Source: Ancalomicrobiaceae bacterium (GTDB taxonomy: Bacteria; Pseudomonadota; Alphaproteobacteria; Rhizobiales; Ancalomicrobiaceae). From it: 64,000 nucleotides of DNA. The stretch is taken from NCBI GenBank assembly GCA_031291595.1, contig JARLIU010000221.1, forward strand, positions 12,558-76,557, in the 5' to 3' direction. Numbering within the stretch: the stretch's first letter is position 1; each line of letters opens with the position of its first letter. Under the pieces are notes generated by a model. That model searched no databases. It had not been told where the DNA came from and saw only the letters and a program-made list of their open reading frames with translations. A program made the translations under genes and the position numbers. Of this stretch, positions 24,789-35,986 are shown one piece after another.

Positions 24789-26600
24789 ATGGCGGGGTTG
24801 AGCGATTTCTCCGGCTACAAGGACATGCTGGTCTTCTTGGCCACGGCTGGGGTCGTCGTTCCCTCGGTGCATCGGTTGAACGTCAGCCCGGTGCTCGGCT
24901 TCCTGGCGGCCGTCGCGGTGCTCGGCCCTTTCGGCCTGGGGCGTCTGGCCGACAGCTGGGAACCGCTTGCCTACGTGACGCTGCACCAGAGCGATCAGAT
25001 CGCCGGCCTCGCCGAATTCGGCGTGGTATTCCTGATGTTCGTCGTCGGGCTGGAACTGTCGCTCAGCCGCCTTCTGACCATGCGCCGGCTGGTGTTCGGG
25101 CTCGGCCTGGCGCAGGTCGCCGTATCGGCGCTGTCGATCGGCGGCATCGCGGCCGAATTCGGGCTGAAGCCAAGTGCGGCGCTGGTTGTCGGTACCTGCC
25201 TGGCGCTTTCGTCAACCGCGATCATTGTCGACATGCTCGCCGGGCAGAAGCGGCTGCCGACCACAACCGGTCGCGTCACCTTCGCCATCCTCATCGCCCA
25301 GGACCTGGCGGTGGTGCCGATCCTGTTCATCGTCGAGACGCTGGGGCATGGCGGCGATTCCGTCACCTCGGGCCTGCTCATGGCACTGGCCAAAGGCGCG
25401 GTGGCGATCGGCGGCATCGTGCTGGTCGGCCGGCTGCTGCTGAAGCCGTTGTTCCGCATCGTCGCCGACACCGAGAGCGCCGAATTGTTCATGGCGGCGA
25501 TCCTGCTCGTCTCGGTCGGAGCGGCGGTGGCGGCCGCCTCGGCCGGCCTCTCCATGGCACTCGGCGGCTTCGTCGCCGGGTCGCTGCTCGCCGAAACAGC
25601 CTATCGCCGTGCCATCGAGGCGACGATCGGTCCGTTCAAGGGGCTGCTGCTCGGCGTGTTCTTCTTCTCCGTCGGCATGGGGTTCGATGCGCTGTCGGTC
25701 GCCGGCGCGCCGTTGCTGATCCTCGGCGCCAGCATCGGACTGGTCCTGATCAAGGCAGCGATCGCGCTGTTGCTCGCCCGACTGTTCGGCATCGCCTGGC
25801 CGGCCGCCATCAAGAGCGCGCTCCTCATCGGCCCAGGCGGCGAATTCGCCTTCATCGTCATCGGGTTGGCCGGCAATGCCGGGCTCGTCCCGACCGAGGT
25901 CGCCGCGCCGATCCTCGCCATCGTCGCCCTGTCCATGGCGGCGATCCCGGGCTTCGACTATCTCGGCCGCAAGCTGTCGTCGCGGGTGGAAAAGATCGTG
26001 CCGCCGGATCCGGCGACCCTCATCGTCCCGCCGTCGGACGGCACGGTAAAGGCGCTCGTCGTCGGCTACGGCCGCGTCGGCGAATTGGTCGGCCGCATGC
26101 TGGAACGGCACGAACTCAGCTATATCGCCGTCGATCGCAGTGCTGCGACGGTGTCGCTCGCCCGGCGCAAGGGCAAGCCGGTCTATTTCGGCGACATCAC
26201 CACCGTCCCGTTCATGAAGACCTGCGGCATCGACACCGTCGCCGCCGTCATCGTCACCGTCGATGCGCCGTTGATCGTCGAACAGATCGTCAAGGCGGTC
26301 CGGGCGATGCGCACCGACATCGTCATCGTGGCGCGCGCCCGCGATTCCAGCCACGCCCGCCATCTGTACGAGATCGGCGTCACCGATGCGGTACCGGAAA
26401 CCATCGAGGCGAGCCTGCAACTGTCGGAAGCGGCGCTCGTCGGTCTCGGCGTGCCGATGGGACCGGTGATCGCCTCGGTGCACGACGAGCGCGACGAATA
26501 CCGCAGGGCACTGATCAACGCCGCCGGCGAATCGCAGTTCGCCAGCGAAACATCGCGCAAGGGCGGCCTGCCGACGAGTTCGCGCAAGCGCCAGGCCTGA
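24789..26600 (+). CDS. CPA2-family cation:proton antiporter with C-terminal RCK/TrkA-N domain (KefB/KefC-like)
   Basis: 603 aa. N-terminal 12-13 TM text (EFGVVFLMFVVGLELS, AILIAQDLAVVPIL), then Rossmann-like ALVVGYGRVGELVGRML. Confidence 0.85.
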   Translation: MAGLSDFSGYKDMLVFLATAGVVVPSVHRLNVSPVLGFLAAVAVLGPFGLGRLADSWEPLAYVTLHQSDQIAGLAEFGVVFLMFVVGLELSLSRLLTMRRLVFGLGLAQVAVSALSIGGIAAEFGLKPSAALVVGTCLALSSTAIIVDMLAGQKRLPTTTGRVTFAILIAQDLAVVPILFIVETLGHGGDSVTSGLLMALAKGAVAIGGIVLVGRLLLKPLFRIVADTESAELFMAAILLVSVGAAVAAASAGLSMALGGFVAGSLLAETAYRRAIEATIGPFKGLLLGVFFFSVGMGFDALSVAGAPLLILGASIGLVLIKAAIALLLARLFGIAWPAAIKSALLIGPGGEFAFIVIGLAGNAGLVPTEVAAPILAIVALSMAAIPGFDYLGRKLSSRVEKIVPPDPATLIVPPSDGTVKALVVGYGRVGELVGRMLERHELSYIAVDRSAATVSLARRKGKPVYFGDITTVPFMKTCGIDTVAAVIVTVDAPLIVEQIVKAVRAMRTDIVIVARARDSSHARHLYEIGVTDAVPETIEASLQLSEAALVGLGVPMGPVIASVHDERDEYRRALINAAGESQFASETSRKGGLPTSSRKRQA

Positions 26601-26613
26601 AGGTGGTCAGGGA

Positions 26614-27534
26614 TCAGCGGGTCACGCGGAGCCGGCTGGCGATGCGCCAGAGGCCGCGGGCGGCGGCGTCCGGCGCGGCGATCGAGGTGATGATGCCGGC
26701 GCGCTTCAGCGCCAGATCGTAGCGTTCGGTGACGAGCGGCGTGCCGACGACGACCGCGCGATCGACCGCGCCGAACATGCGGTCGGCCTCGTGGATCTCG
26801 TTGCCGATCAACAGCCCCGACAGATAGGACGAGACGTCAACCGCCGGGTGTCCGCCCACCAGCACTCCGGCCCGGGCACCGAACAGGCGGCGGACGAGGC
26901 CGCCCGATTCGGCCAGATCGTCGAGCGCCTCGTCGACGCCGGACAGGAACGCCAACTCGTTGAACTCGTCGCCATCGGCAAGCTCGCCGATCAGCGACTT
27001 GTGGCGCAACAGCTCGAACAGCTCGCCGGTGATAATGGTGGCGAAGCTCTCGATGCGGCCGTCGCTCACATGCGCCCATTTCGAATGGGTGCCGGGCAGG
27101 ACGACCAGTGCGGGGCGAGGCCCGAGGTTGGCGCCGAACACCTCCACCTCCTCGCCGCGCATGACGTCGGCCACCGGCCGGCTCATGGCGACGCCGGGAA
27201 GAAAGCCAAGCCGGGCTGCGCCGAAGTCGCGACTGACGACACCGCGCGACAGATCATCCTCGCGGACCGGCACCTGCATGTACGGCGTCTCCACCCAGCC
27301 GTTGCGGCTGCACACCATGCCGGAGAGCACGACATCCGGCCCTTCGGCCAGCCAGTCGCCAAGTTCTGCGACGAGCGCTGCCTCGAAGGCGGCGTCGCGG
27401 TCGCTTCCCTGGGCGATCGACCTGGTGCCGCGGTTGCTCGTCCGCACGTCGGCGATACTGCCGTCGGCTGCGAAACGATAGGCGCGAAACTCGCTCGAGC
27501 CCCAGTCGATACCGATCACGACGCGTGACGCCAT
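26614..27534 (-). CDS. dgoK: 2-dehydro-3-deoxygalactonokinase
   Basis: Lies within ORF 26614..27609. Start at MASRVVIGIDWGSSEFRAYRF with a GAGGGA RBS. Motif VVLPGTHSKWAHV...TIITGELFELL. Confidence 0.75.
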   Translation of the reverse strand: MASRVVIGIDWGSSEFRAYRFAADGSIADVRTSNRGTRSIAQGSDRDAAFEAALVAELGDWLAEGPDVVLSGMVCSRNGWVETPYMQVPVREDDLSRGVVSRDFGAARLGFLPGVAMSRPVADVMRGEEVEVFGANLGPRPALVVLPGTHSKWAHVSDGRIESFATIITGELFELLRHKSLIGELADGDEFNELAFLSGVDEALDDLAESGGLVRRLFGARAGVLVGGHPAVDVSSYLSGLLIGNEIHEADRMFGAVDRAVVVGTPLVTERYDLALKRAGIITSIAAPDAAARGLWRIASRLRVTR

Positions 27535-27692
27535 GGCTCCCTCGTTCCGCCCCTGCTCGCGCCCGCCGATCAATTGCGGCCCGCCGCCCGTCGAACGAAT
27601 GGCGGCCACCCCGACCCCATTCCGTCATCTGCGCCGTAAGCGAAAATTAGAGCGGATCTGCGATCATCGGGCAGAGAGGAGACGAGGGAGCG

Positions 27693-29282
27693 ATGGAAAT
27701 CCGTTCGCGTGTCGGAAATGTCACGCAACAGACCGAGACCGAGATGGGCGCGCCGGATGCGGCGGCGCCATCGGCGGCGCCCGATCGGTCCGCAGGGGTG
27801 CGCGCGCTCCTGGTACTGGCACTGTTCGTACTGGCGTTCCAATGGGTTGAGGGCATCAACGGCGACACCAGCTGGCTGCTGACCGTCGCCGACCGATGGT
27901 TCGACGGTGCCAAGCCCTATGTCGACATCCTCGAATCCAATCCTCCGGCCGCCGTGCTGATGCTGATGCCGTCGGTCGCGCTGGCTCGGCTGATCGGCTG
28001 TCCGCCGGAACCATTGGTCGCGGTCATGACGGTCGGTCTCGCGCTCGCCGCAATCGAACTGGCGCTCCGCGTGCTGCTGCGCTCCACCGCCGTGGCCAAT
28101 CCCAGTCAGACGCGACTGGTGCTCGGCTTTGCGCTCCTGGTGCTGCCGATGTCGATCTTCGCCGAACGTGAGCATTTCGCCATCATAGGCCTCGTGCCGC
28201 TGTGGGCCCTCATGGTGCAGCGGGCGGAAGCGGCGGTACCGCAACGATGGGCGGTCGTCGTCGCCGGCGTCGGCGGCTGTCTGGCGCTCAGTCTGAAGCC
28301 GCAATTCGCCCTGATGATCCTGCTGCCGGCGCTGGTGGTGGCGCGCAGCCGGCGCAGCTTTGCCGCACTGTTTCTGCCCGAATATTGGATTGTGGCCGCC
28401 GGCGCCGTCGCCTACGCCGCAATAGTGGTCACGCTGTTTCCGGCCTATGGCGCCAGCATGGTGCCGCTGGTCTTCGACCTCTACCAGCCAGTGCGCGAAC
28501 CGGTGATCGCCGTTCTCGCCGTTCCGCAGCTCGGCTGGACGGCGCTCGCCGTCGTCGGACTGTGGGCGCTCGGTGGCCGCGAGCGACGCCCGGCGATCGC
28601 CATCAGCCTTGCCGCGGCGTTCGGCGGCGTGGCGTTCGCCGTCGTGCAGGCCAAGGGCTTTGCCTACCACTATTATCCGGCGGTTGCGGCTGCCGTGCCG
28701 GCGCTCGCCGACCAGGGGCTGACGCTTGCCAACCGGCGTTTTTCCGTGACGACCGACCGCTCCGGCCGGCCGCTCGCCGCCTTCGGCTTCATCGCCGTCG
28801 CCGTCGGGCTGGCCTTCGCGACGCTGTCGTTCCTTGGCTTCTCCAAGCCGATGACCGGACTGATGGCACCGATCCGCAACATTTCGCTGCATCCGCGCAT
28901 CCTCTCCATCAGTCCGCACATCTGGGTCGGCCACCCGCTGACACGCGATGTCGACGGCAGCTGGGTCGGGTCGGTGCCGAACCAGTGGATGACGATCGGA
29001 GCACTGTACAAGCTCGGCCTGCATCCGGACGAGCCGGAGGCCCGCCGGCTGTCGGCGCTGATCGATGCCGACCGCGCACGCGCGGCCAACGACATCGCTC
29101 GGGGCAAGCCCGACATCGTGCTGGTCGAACGCGACGACCTGGTGCTGCCGGCCTGGTTCAATTCATTCGACGAATTGGCGGCGTTCCTGTCCGGCTATCG
29201 GCGGCGCTTCGACTATCTCGGCGTCGAACTATGGGCGCGCGACGACCTTGGCGAGGTACTCCCCGCCGCGTCCGGGCATTAG
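27693..29282 (+). CDS. polytopic membrane protein, GT-C-like glycosyltransferase candidate, paralogue A (529 aa)
   Basis: Shares blocks with the 29421 and 32582 genes: DTSWL, YVDILESNPP, FAEREH, SLKPQFA, AKGFAYHYYP, GHPLTRDVDGSWVGS..NQW, GKPDIVLVER. About 10-12 hydrophobic segments, then a ~150-aa hydrophilic C-terminus. Confidence 0.7.
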   Translation: MEIRSRVGNVTQQTETEMGAPDAAAPSAAPDRSAGVRALLVLALFVLAFQWVEGINGDTSWLLTVADRWFDGAKPYVDILESNPPAAVLMLMPSVALARLIGCPPEPLVAVMTVGLALAAIELALRVLLRSTAVANPSQTRLVLGFALLVLPMSIFAEREHFAIIGLVPLWALMVQRAEAAVPQRWAVVVAGVGGCLALSLKPQFALMILLPALVVARSRRSFAALFLPEYWIVAAGAVAYAAIVVTLFPAYGASMVPLVFDLYQPVREPVIAVLAVPQLGWTALAVVGLWALGGRERRPAIAISLAAAFGGVAFAVVQAKGFAYHYYPAVAAAVPALADQGLTLANRRFSVTTDRSGRPLAAFGFIAVAVGLAFATLSFLGFSKPMTGLMAPIRNISLHPRILSISPHIWVGHPLTRDVDGSWVGSVPNQWMTIGALYKLGLHPDEPEARRLSALIDADRARAANDIARGKPDIVLVERDDLVLPAWFNSFDELAAFLSGYRRRFDYLGVELWARDDLGEVLPAASGH

Positions 29283-29420
29283 CGCCCCCAAGGTCGGCGG
29301 ATGTTCGGGCGGCTTCCTGGCGGATGAGACGTTCGCAAGCCTCGGTCCGGGCTGGCGGGGCCGAGGGTAGTCTGACGCATCGCAATTGAGCGCCTTCCAC
29401 CATCAACGCCGAGACTCGCC

Positions 29421-30965
29421 TTGCCCAACACCGGATCGCCTCCTGCCCTCGTCTCGCGCTCGACGCTCCTTTTGCTGGCGGTGCTGCTGGCTGTCGGCGT
29501 GGCCGGTCAGGCAGTGTCCCCGACTGTCGCCGACGTCAGCTGGTTGATCGAGCTGGCGGAGAAGAGTCTGGCGGGGCAGCGGCTCTATGTCGACATCGTC
29601 GAGACCAATCCGCCGATGTCGGTGTTTCTCTACATGCCGGCGGTGCTGATCGAGCATCTGACCGGCATCCGGGCCGAATGGAACCAGATTGCCATCACCT
29701 TCGCCGCCATCGCGACGTCGCTGTGGATCTCCGCCCTGATCATGCGGCGGACGGGTCGAGCGGACATGGTCGAACGGTTTCTCGTTGCCGGCATGCTGGC
29801 GCTGGCGATCCTGCCGACCATGGTGTTTGCCCAGCGCGAGCATCTCGCCGTCATCGCGCTGCTGCCGTCGCTTGCCGTTCTCGTTGCCCGTGCGGAACGG
29901 CGGAGCGTCGATCTGCCGCTGGCGCTCGTTGCCGGGCTTGCCGCCGGACTTGCCGCGACGATCAAGCCGCATTTCGCCGTCGCCGTGATCGGACCGGCGG
30001 TCGCCGTGGCGATCCGGTTGCGGTCGGCCCGCTCGCTGTTCGCCATCGAGCATCTCGTGGCGGTCGCCGTCGTTGCCGGTTACGCGGCTCTGGTGGTCGT
30101 TGCCTTTCCACGCTACTTCAGCGACGTGCTGCCTGTCGTCAACGATACCTATCGGCTGGCCCGACGTCCGCTGTTCGAACTGGCGCTGCATCCGCAGATG
30201 CTGATGGTGGTAGGGATCGGAGTATCCACCCTGCTGCTTGCCGGAGAGGAGCGCCGAAGCCCGCGGATTGTCGTGCCGTTCCTGGCGTCGCTGGGGTTCC
30301 TGTTCGCGTTTTTCGAGCAGGGCAAGGGCTGGCACTATCACCTGTTTCCGGCGGCCGCGGTCGCCTTCATGCTGTTCTACGCCGAAGCCATGCCGCGGCT
30401 GCAGACCGTTCTGGCCGGGCCGGGCGGTGGCCGGCTTGCGGGACTTGCCGCCGGCGGGCTCGGATTGGCCGGGCTCATCGCCTCGATGTCGTATTTCACC
30501 TTCGCCAACCGAACGACGCTGCCGCTCGTCGCCGCGATCGAAAGGCTCGGCCCGCACCCCAAAGTCCTGGCGGTCAGCTTCTATCTTTCGATCGGGCATC
30601 CGCTGACGCGAGCCGTTGGCGGTACATGGGTAGGCACCTACTGCAGCCAGTGGATCAGCGACGCGGCATTGTTCCGCAGCCTGCAGCCCGAGACCGACGC
30701 GGCGACGCGGGCGCGCATGGCCGAGTGGATCGCCAAAGATCACGCCACCATCGCCCGCGACATCCGGATCGGACAGCCCGACGTAATCCTGGCGGATCGG
30801 CTCGGCTACGACTGGGACGAGACGGTCAAGACGACGCCAGGGATGGCGGAGCTGATGGCCGGCTATGCCAAGACGGCGGACGTCGACGGCGTCGACCTGC
30901 TCGTGCGCCGCGACCTGCTGCACGGACCGGCCACACCCGTGGCTGCAGCCGGCGAGGCGCCGTAA
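29421..30965 (+). CDS. polytopic membrane protein, GT-C-like glycosyltransferase candidate, paralogue B (514 aa)
   Basis: Blocks ADVSWL, YVDIVETNPPMSVFLYMP, FAQREH, TIKPHFA, GKGWHYHLFP, GHPLTRAVGGTWVGT..SQW, GQPDVILADR. The ORF begins with TTG and has no clear SD, so the start is uncertain. Confidence 0.7.
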   Translation: MPNTGSPPALVSRSTLLLLAVLLAVGVAGQAVSPTVADVSWLIELAEKSLAGQRLYVDIVETNPPMSVFLYMPAVLIEHLTGIRAEWNQIAITFAAIATSLWISALIMRRTGRADMVERFLVAGMLALAILPTMVFAQREHLAVIALLPSLAVLVARAERRSVDLPLALVAGLAAGLAATIKPHFAVAVIGPAVAVAIRLRSARSLFAIEHLVAVAVVAGYAALVVVAFPRYFSDVLPVVNDTYRLARRPLFELALHPQMLMVVGIGVSTLLLAGEERRSPRIVVPFLASLGFLFAFFEQGKGWHYHLFPAAAVAFMLFYAEAMPRLQTVLAGPGGGRLAGLAAGGLGLAGLIASMSYFTFANRTTLPLVAAIERLGPHPKVLAVSFYLSIGHPLTRAVGGTWVGTYCSQWISDAALFRSLQPETDAATRARMAEWIAKDHATIARDIRIGQPDVILADRLGYDWDETVKTTPGMAELMAGYAKTADVDGVDLLVRRDLLHGPATPVAAAGEAP

Positions 30966-31114
30966 AGTGGCCGCGATCGCGCCCAAAACCGCGGTTAACT
31001 TCGTGTCATTGCAAAGCGTGGCCGTCGTGCGATTTCGCCAGACCCCAACATGCGCTAGAGCTTGATTGCCGGCTCGCCCCGATCCGGCCCGAACCCGCGA
31101 CCGGAGGCCTGGAC

Positions 31115-32113
31115 TTGTCCGACGTATCGCTGCCTTTTGATGCCGCCACTTACAGCCTCATCGTCCCCATCTACAATGAGGAAGCCGTGCTGCCGCTGTT
31201 GTTCGAGCGGCTCGACCAGCTGGTCGCCGAGCTCGACGGGACGACGGAGGTCATCCTCGTCGACGACGGCAGCCGCGACAACAGCGCCCGGCTGATCGTG
31301 GAGAAGGTGAAGTCCTCGCCCAATTTCCGCTTGATCGCGTTGTCCCGCAACTTCGGCCACCAGATCGCCATCACCGCCGGCATGGAGGCGGCCGTGGGTC
31401 AGGCCACCATCGTCATGGACGCGGACCTGCAGGATCCGCCGGAAGTGGCGCTGCAACTCGTGGCGAAGTGGAAGGAGGGCTACGAGATCGTCTATGCGCA
31501 GCGCTTGAGCCGCGATGGCGAGACGGCGTTCAAGCTCGCCACGGCGCACCTGTTCTACTGGGTGATGCGGCGGCTGGCGACTGTGGACATTCCGGAGAAC
31601 GTCGGCGACTTCCGCCTGGTCGACCGGGTGGCGCTCGACACGTTCCTCGCCATGCCGGAACGCGACCGTTTCGTGCGCGGCATGTTCGGCTGGATGGGGT
31701 TCCGCCAGACGGCGGTGCCGTTCCATCGCGCCGCGCGTGCTGCCGGCGAGACCAAATACCCATTCTGGAAGATGCTGCGGCTCGCCGCCAACGGCGTCGT
31801 CGGCTTTTCCGACTTCCCGTTGCGGCTGGCCCTGTGGCTGGGATCGCTGATCTCGCTCGCCGCGGTGCTTTATGGCATCTATGTGCTGGTCTTAGCGCTG
31901 ATCCGCTCGGATCTCGTTGCCGGCTGGGCGTCGATCGTCGTCGTCGTCTCCTTCCTCTCCGGCATCAATCTGTTGATGCTCGGCATCGTCGGCATCTACG
32001 TCGGCCGCATCCATACCGAGGTGAAGCGACGACCGCTCTATATCGTCGGCCGGCGGATCGGCTTCGCACAGGGCAACGCGCCCGAACCGGCGCATGGGAA
32101 GGTCATTCCATGA
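31115..32113 (+). CDS. GT2 polyprenyl-phosphate glycosyltransferase (GtrB/ArnC/DPM1-type)
   Basis: Frame of ORF 29678..32113. TTG start 7 nt after GGAGG. Motifs SLIVPIYNEE, VILVDDGSRDNS, SRNFGHQIAITAGM, VMDADLQDPPE, and two C-terminal TM helices. Confidence 0.85.
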   Translation: MSDVSLPFDAATYSLIVPIYNEEAVLPLLFERLDQLVAELDGTTEVILVDDGSRDNSARLIVEKVKSSPNFRLIALSRNFGHQIAITAGMEAAVGQATIVMDADLQDPPEVALQLVAKWKEGYEIVYAQRLSRDGETAFKLATAHLFYWVMRRLATVDIPENVGDFRLVDRVALDTFLAMPERDRFVRGMFGWMGFRQTAVPFHRAARAAGETKYPFWKMLRLAANGVVGFSDFPLRLALWLGSLISLAAVLYGIYVLVLALIRSDLVAGWASIVVVVSFLSGINLLMLGIVGIYVGRIHTEVKRRPLYIVGRRIGFAQGNAPEPAHGKVIP

Positions 32114-32628
32114 CGGTTGCGAAGCGTACCGGCGCGGCGCTCGACCGCGGTTTCCGCGCCGCCATTGCGATCGTGCCGTGGAAGCTGGTGCGCTACGGCG
32201 TCGTCGGCGTGACGGCGACGGGGCTGTATTTCGGCTTCGCCATCGGATTGACGATGCTGACCCACATGCCGGCCTCGGTCGCCTCGATCGGCGCCTATCT
32301 GGTCGCCGCGGTATTCTCCTTCCTGTCGCATCGGCACTTCACCTTCCGCTCCAGGCAACCGATCGCCCATGAAGTGCCGCGCTTCGCCGGCGTGCAGATC
32401 ATCGGTTGGAGCGTGGCATTTTTATCACCGCTGATCATGACCGATCTGGCGGGCTTGCCACCGCTCGTGGCGATAGTGTTTGTTTCTCTGGCTGTGCCGC
32501 TACTGAGCTTTCTCGGCATGGAGCGGCTGGTGTTTCGTGCGCGTCCGCCGAGAAGCACCGCCAAGGGAGGTGTCGCCGCGCATGGCGGATCGGACCACGT
32601 CTCTGAGGAGCGAATTGTCGTCGACTAG
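32110..32628 (+). CDS. GtrA-family small membrane protein (lipid-linked sugar translocase type)
   Basis: Frame of ORF 31468..32628. The ATG overlaps the GT2 stop (ATGA). KLVRYGVVGVTATGLYFGFAIGL, with 4 TM segments. Confidence 0.75.
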   Translation: MTVAKRTGAALDRGFRAAIAIVPWKLVRYGVVGVTATGLYFGFAIGLTMLTHMPASVASIGAYLVAAVFSFLSHRHFTFRSRQPIAHEVPRFAGVQIIGWSVAFLSPLIMTDLAGLPPLVAIVFVSLAVPLLSFLGMERLVFRARPPRSTAKGGVAAHGGSDHVSEERIVVD

Positions 32629-34225
32629 CGCGCGGGTGCTGTATCTCGTGACGCTGGTCGGGCTCTACGTCGCCGCCTTTCTGCTGCAGTGGTACGAGCC
32701 GAGCGTCACCGACGTCAGCTGGCTGTTCGTCATCGGCGAGAAGATGTTCGCCGGCCAGCACCTCTATACCGACATCATGGAAACCAATCCGCCGATGTCG
32801 GTCCTCCTCTACATGCCGACGCTGATCGTCGCCCATGCAACCGGGCTCAGCCCCGAACTGGTGCAGATCTGGCTGACGCTGGCGCTGATGACGCTGTCTG
32901 TCGGCTGGACCAGCCGGATGCTGTATGCGGCCGGCGAGATCCGGCATCTTGGCCGCTATCGGCTTCTCGCCATCTTCGCTTTTGGCGTGCTGGCACTCGG
33001 CTGCTTTTCCGAACGCGAGCACATTGCGCTGCTCACGACGTTGCCGACACTGGCCATCCTGGTCCTCAGGCTGAAGGGCAAGCCGATCGGCTTTGTCACG
33101 GCACTGGTCGCCGGCCTCGGCGAGGGATTGGCCGTGACCATCAAGCCGGAGATGGCCTTTCCCATTCTGCTTGCCGTCGGCTGGGGCGTGGCGATGACGC
33201 GGTCGCTGAAACTGGCGTTCCGGCTGGAACATTGGGTCGGCGTCGTCGTGGTCGCCGCCTATGTCGTGGTCGTCGGATTGGTCTTCCCGGCCTATTTCAC
33301 CAATATGATGCCGGTGCTGATGGATACCTATCGGGCCGTGCGCTACGACTTCCTCGATATCGCCGGCGGCGACGGTGCCATCGCCTACTACCTGATGGTG
33401 GCGGCGCTGGTGATGCTGAAAGGCCGCAAGACCGCCGAACCGCGATTGATCGTGCCGCTCATCGCCTCATTCGGCTATTACCTCTCCTACATCGACCAAT
33501 CGAAGGGCTGGGCCTACCACCTCTATCCGGGAGTGGCGCTGGCGACGCTGCTGCTGTTCGAGGAGGCAATCGGCGGTGCCTACGAGGCGGACGTCACCCG
33601 GCTCAGGGGCCGGCTCGGCCTCAGCGCGCGGCTGGCGGCGATCGCCGGCTTCGTTCTCGGCGCGCAGCCGCTCACCGACTGGCTTGAAGGCCGGCAGTGG
33701 GATTCGCTGCCGCTCGCCGAACAGATCGAGAGGATCGCGCAACATCCCTCGATCGCCATCATCTCCGACGACCTTGGGCTGACCAACCCGTTGATCCGCA
33801 TGGTGGATGGCACGTTCGTCGGCACGGTGGCGAGCCAGTGGATCACCCAATACGCCACCTATCGCATCGATCATCACGATCTCGATGCCGCCGGCGTCGA
33901 GCGCATGAAGGCCTGGGTCGACTACGATCGCGCGCTGCTCGCCGGCGATATCCGCCGCTCGCACCCCGATTTCATCGTCGTCGATCGCGGCGGCTTCGAC
34001 TGGCTGGAATGGGCGCGCCAGTCGCCGGCGCTCGCCAAACTGATCGCCGACTACCGCCAGGCCGGACGGGCGAACGACATCTATCTCCTCGCCCGTGGCG
34101 ACCTCGCGCCGGACGATCCGCACCCGGCAACCGGCAAATTCTGGCGGCTCGGCGGCTCCGACCGCTGGCAGGGCCTCGAGCCGGACGAGTCGACGAGCCG
34201 CATGGAGCATTCGGCGGCGCGGTAG
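32582..34225 (+). CDS. polytopic membrane protein, GT-C-like glycosyltransferase candidate, paralogue C (~547 aa)
   Basis: Lies within ORF 32537..34225. Start taken at MADRTTSL, overlapping the gtrA-like 3' end by 47 nt. Blocks TDVSWL, YTDIMETNPPMSVLLYMP, FSEREH, TIKPEMA, SKGWAYHLYP, NPLIRMVDGTFVGT..SQW, SHPDFIVVDR. Confidence 0.7.
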   Translation: MADRTTSLRSELSSTSARVLYLVTLVGLYVAAFLLQWYEPSVTDVSWLFVIGEKMFAGQHLYTDIMETNPPMSVLLYMPTLIVAHATGLSPELVQIWLTLALMTLSVGWTSRMLYAAGEIRHLGRYRLLAIFAFGVLALGCFSEREHIALLTTLPTLAILVLRLKGKPIGFVTALVAGLGEGLAVTIKPEMAFPILLAVGWGVAMTRSLKLAFRLEHWVGVVVVAAYVVVVGLVFPAYFTNMMPVLMDTYRAVRYDFLDIAGGDGAIAYYLMVAALVMLKGRKTAEPRLIVPLIASFGYYLSYIDQSKGWAYHLYPGVALATLLLFEEAIGGAYEADVTRLRGRLGLSARLAAIAGFVLGAQPLTDWLEGRQWDSLPLAEQIERIAQHPSIAIISDDLGLTNPLIRMVDGTFVGTVASQWITQYATYRIDHHDLDAAGVERMKAWVDYDRALLAGDIRRSHPDFIVVDRGGFDWLEWARQSPALAKLIADYRQAGRANDIYLLARGDLAPDDPHPATGKFWRLGGSDRWQGLEPDESTSRMEHSAAR

Positions 34226-34318
34226 CGCGTGCGTCATTGACAATGCCGGCCACAGCCGTATCTACGGGCAGCCGCCCGATGGGCTGGCCTTTCCCGTTCC
34301 CGAGACCCAGCCGTACCC

Positions 34319-35905
<1,587 letters not shown>

Positions 35906-35986
35906 GGTTTCAGGCGGCTCGGTTTCGGACGGGCCGATGCGCGACGGCTTGCGGTTGCGGGCGGTTCGGGGGCGCCGGGTACGGCG

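Noticed and set aside
24671-26722. 683-aa plus-strand ORF overlapping the KefB-like gene in another frame
   Set aside because: Arg/Gly/Pro-rich text. The 24789..26600 frame has TM segments and a Rossmann motif, so this is an off-frame artefact.
27570-30986. Two long minus-strand ORFs (27570..29024, 29403..30986) opposite GT-C paralogues A and B
   Set aside because: The text is extremely Arg/Asp/Gly/Gln-rich with no hydrophobic core. The plus frames give mutually homologous membrane proteins.
29678-31114. Upstream 479 codons of the 811-aa ORF 29678..32113
   Set aside because: Only the part from the TTG at 31115 reads as a GT2 enzyme. The upstream part is an off-frame read across paralogue B.
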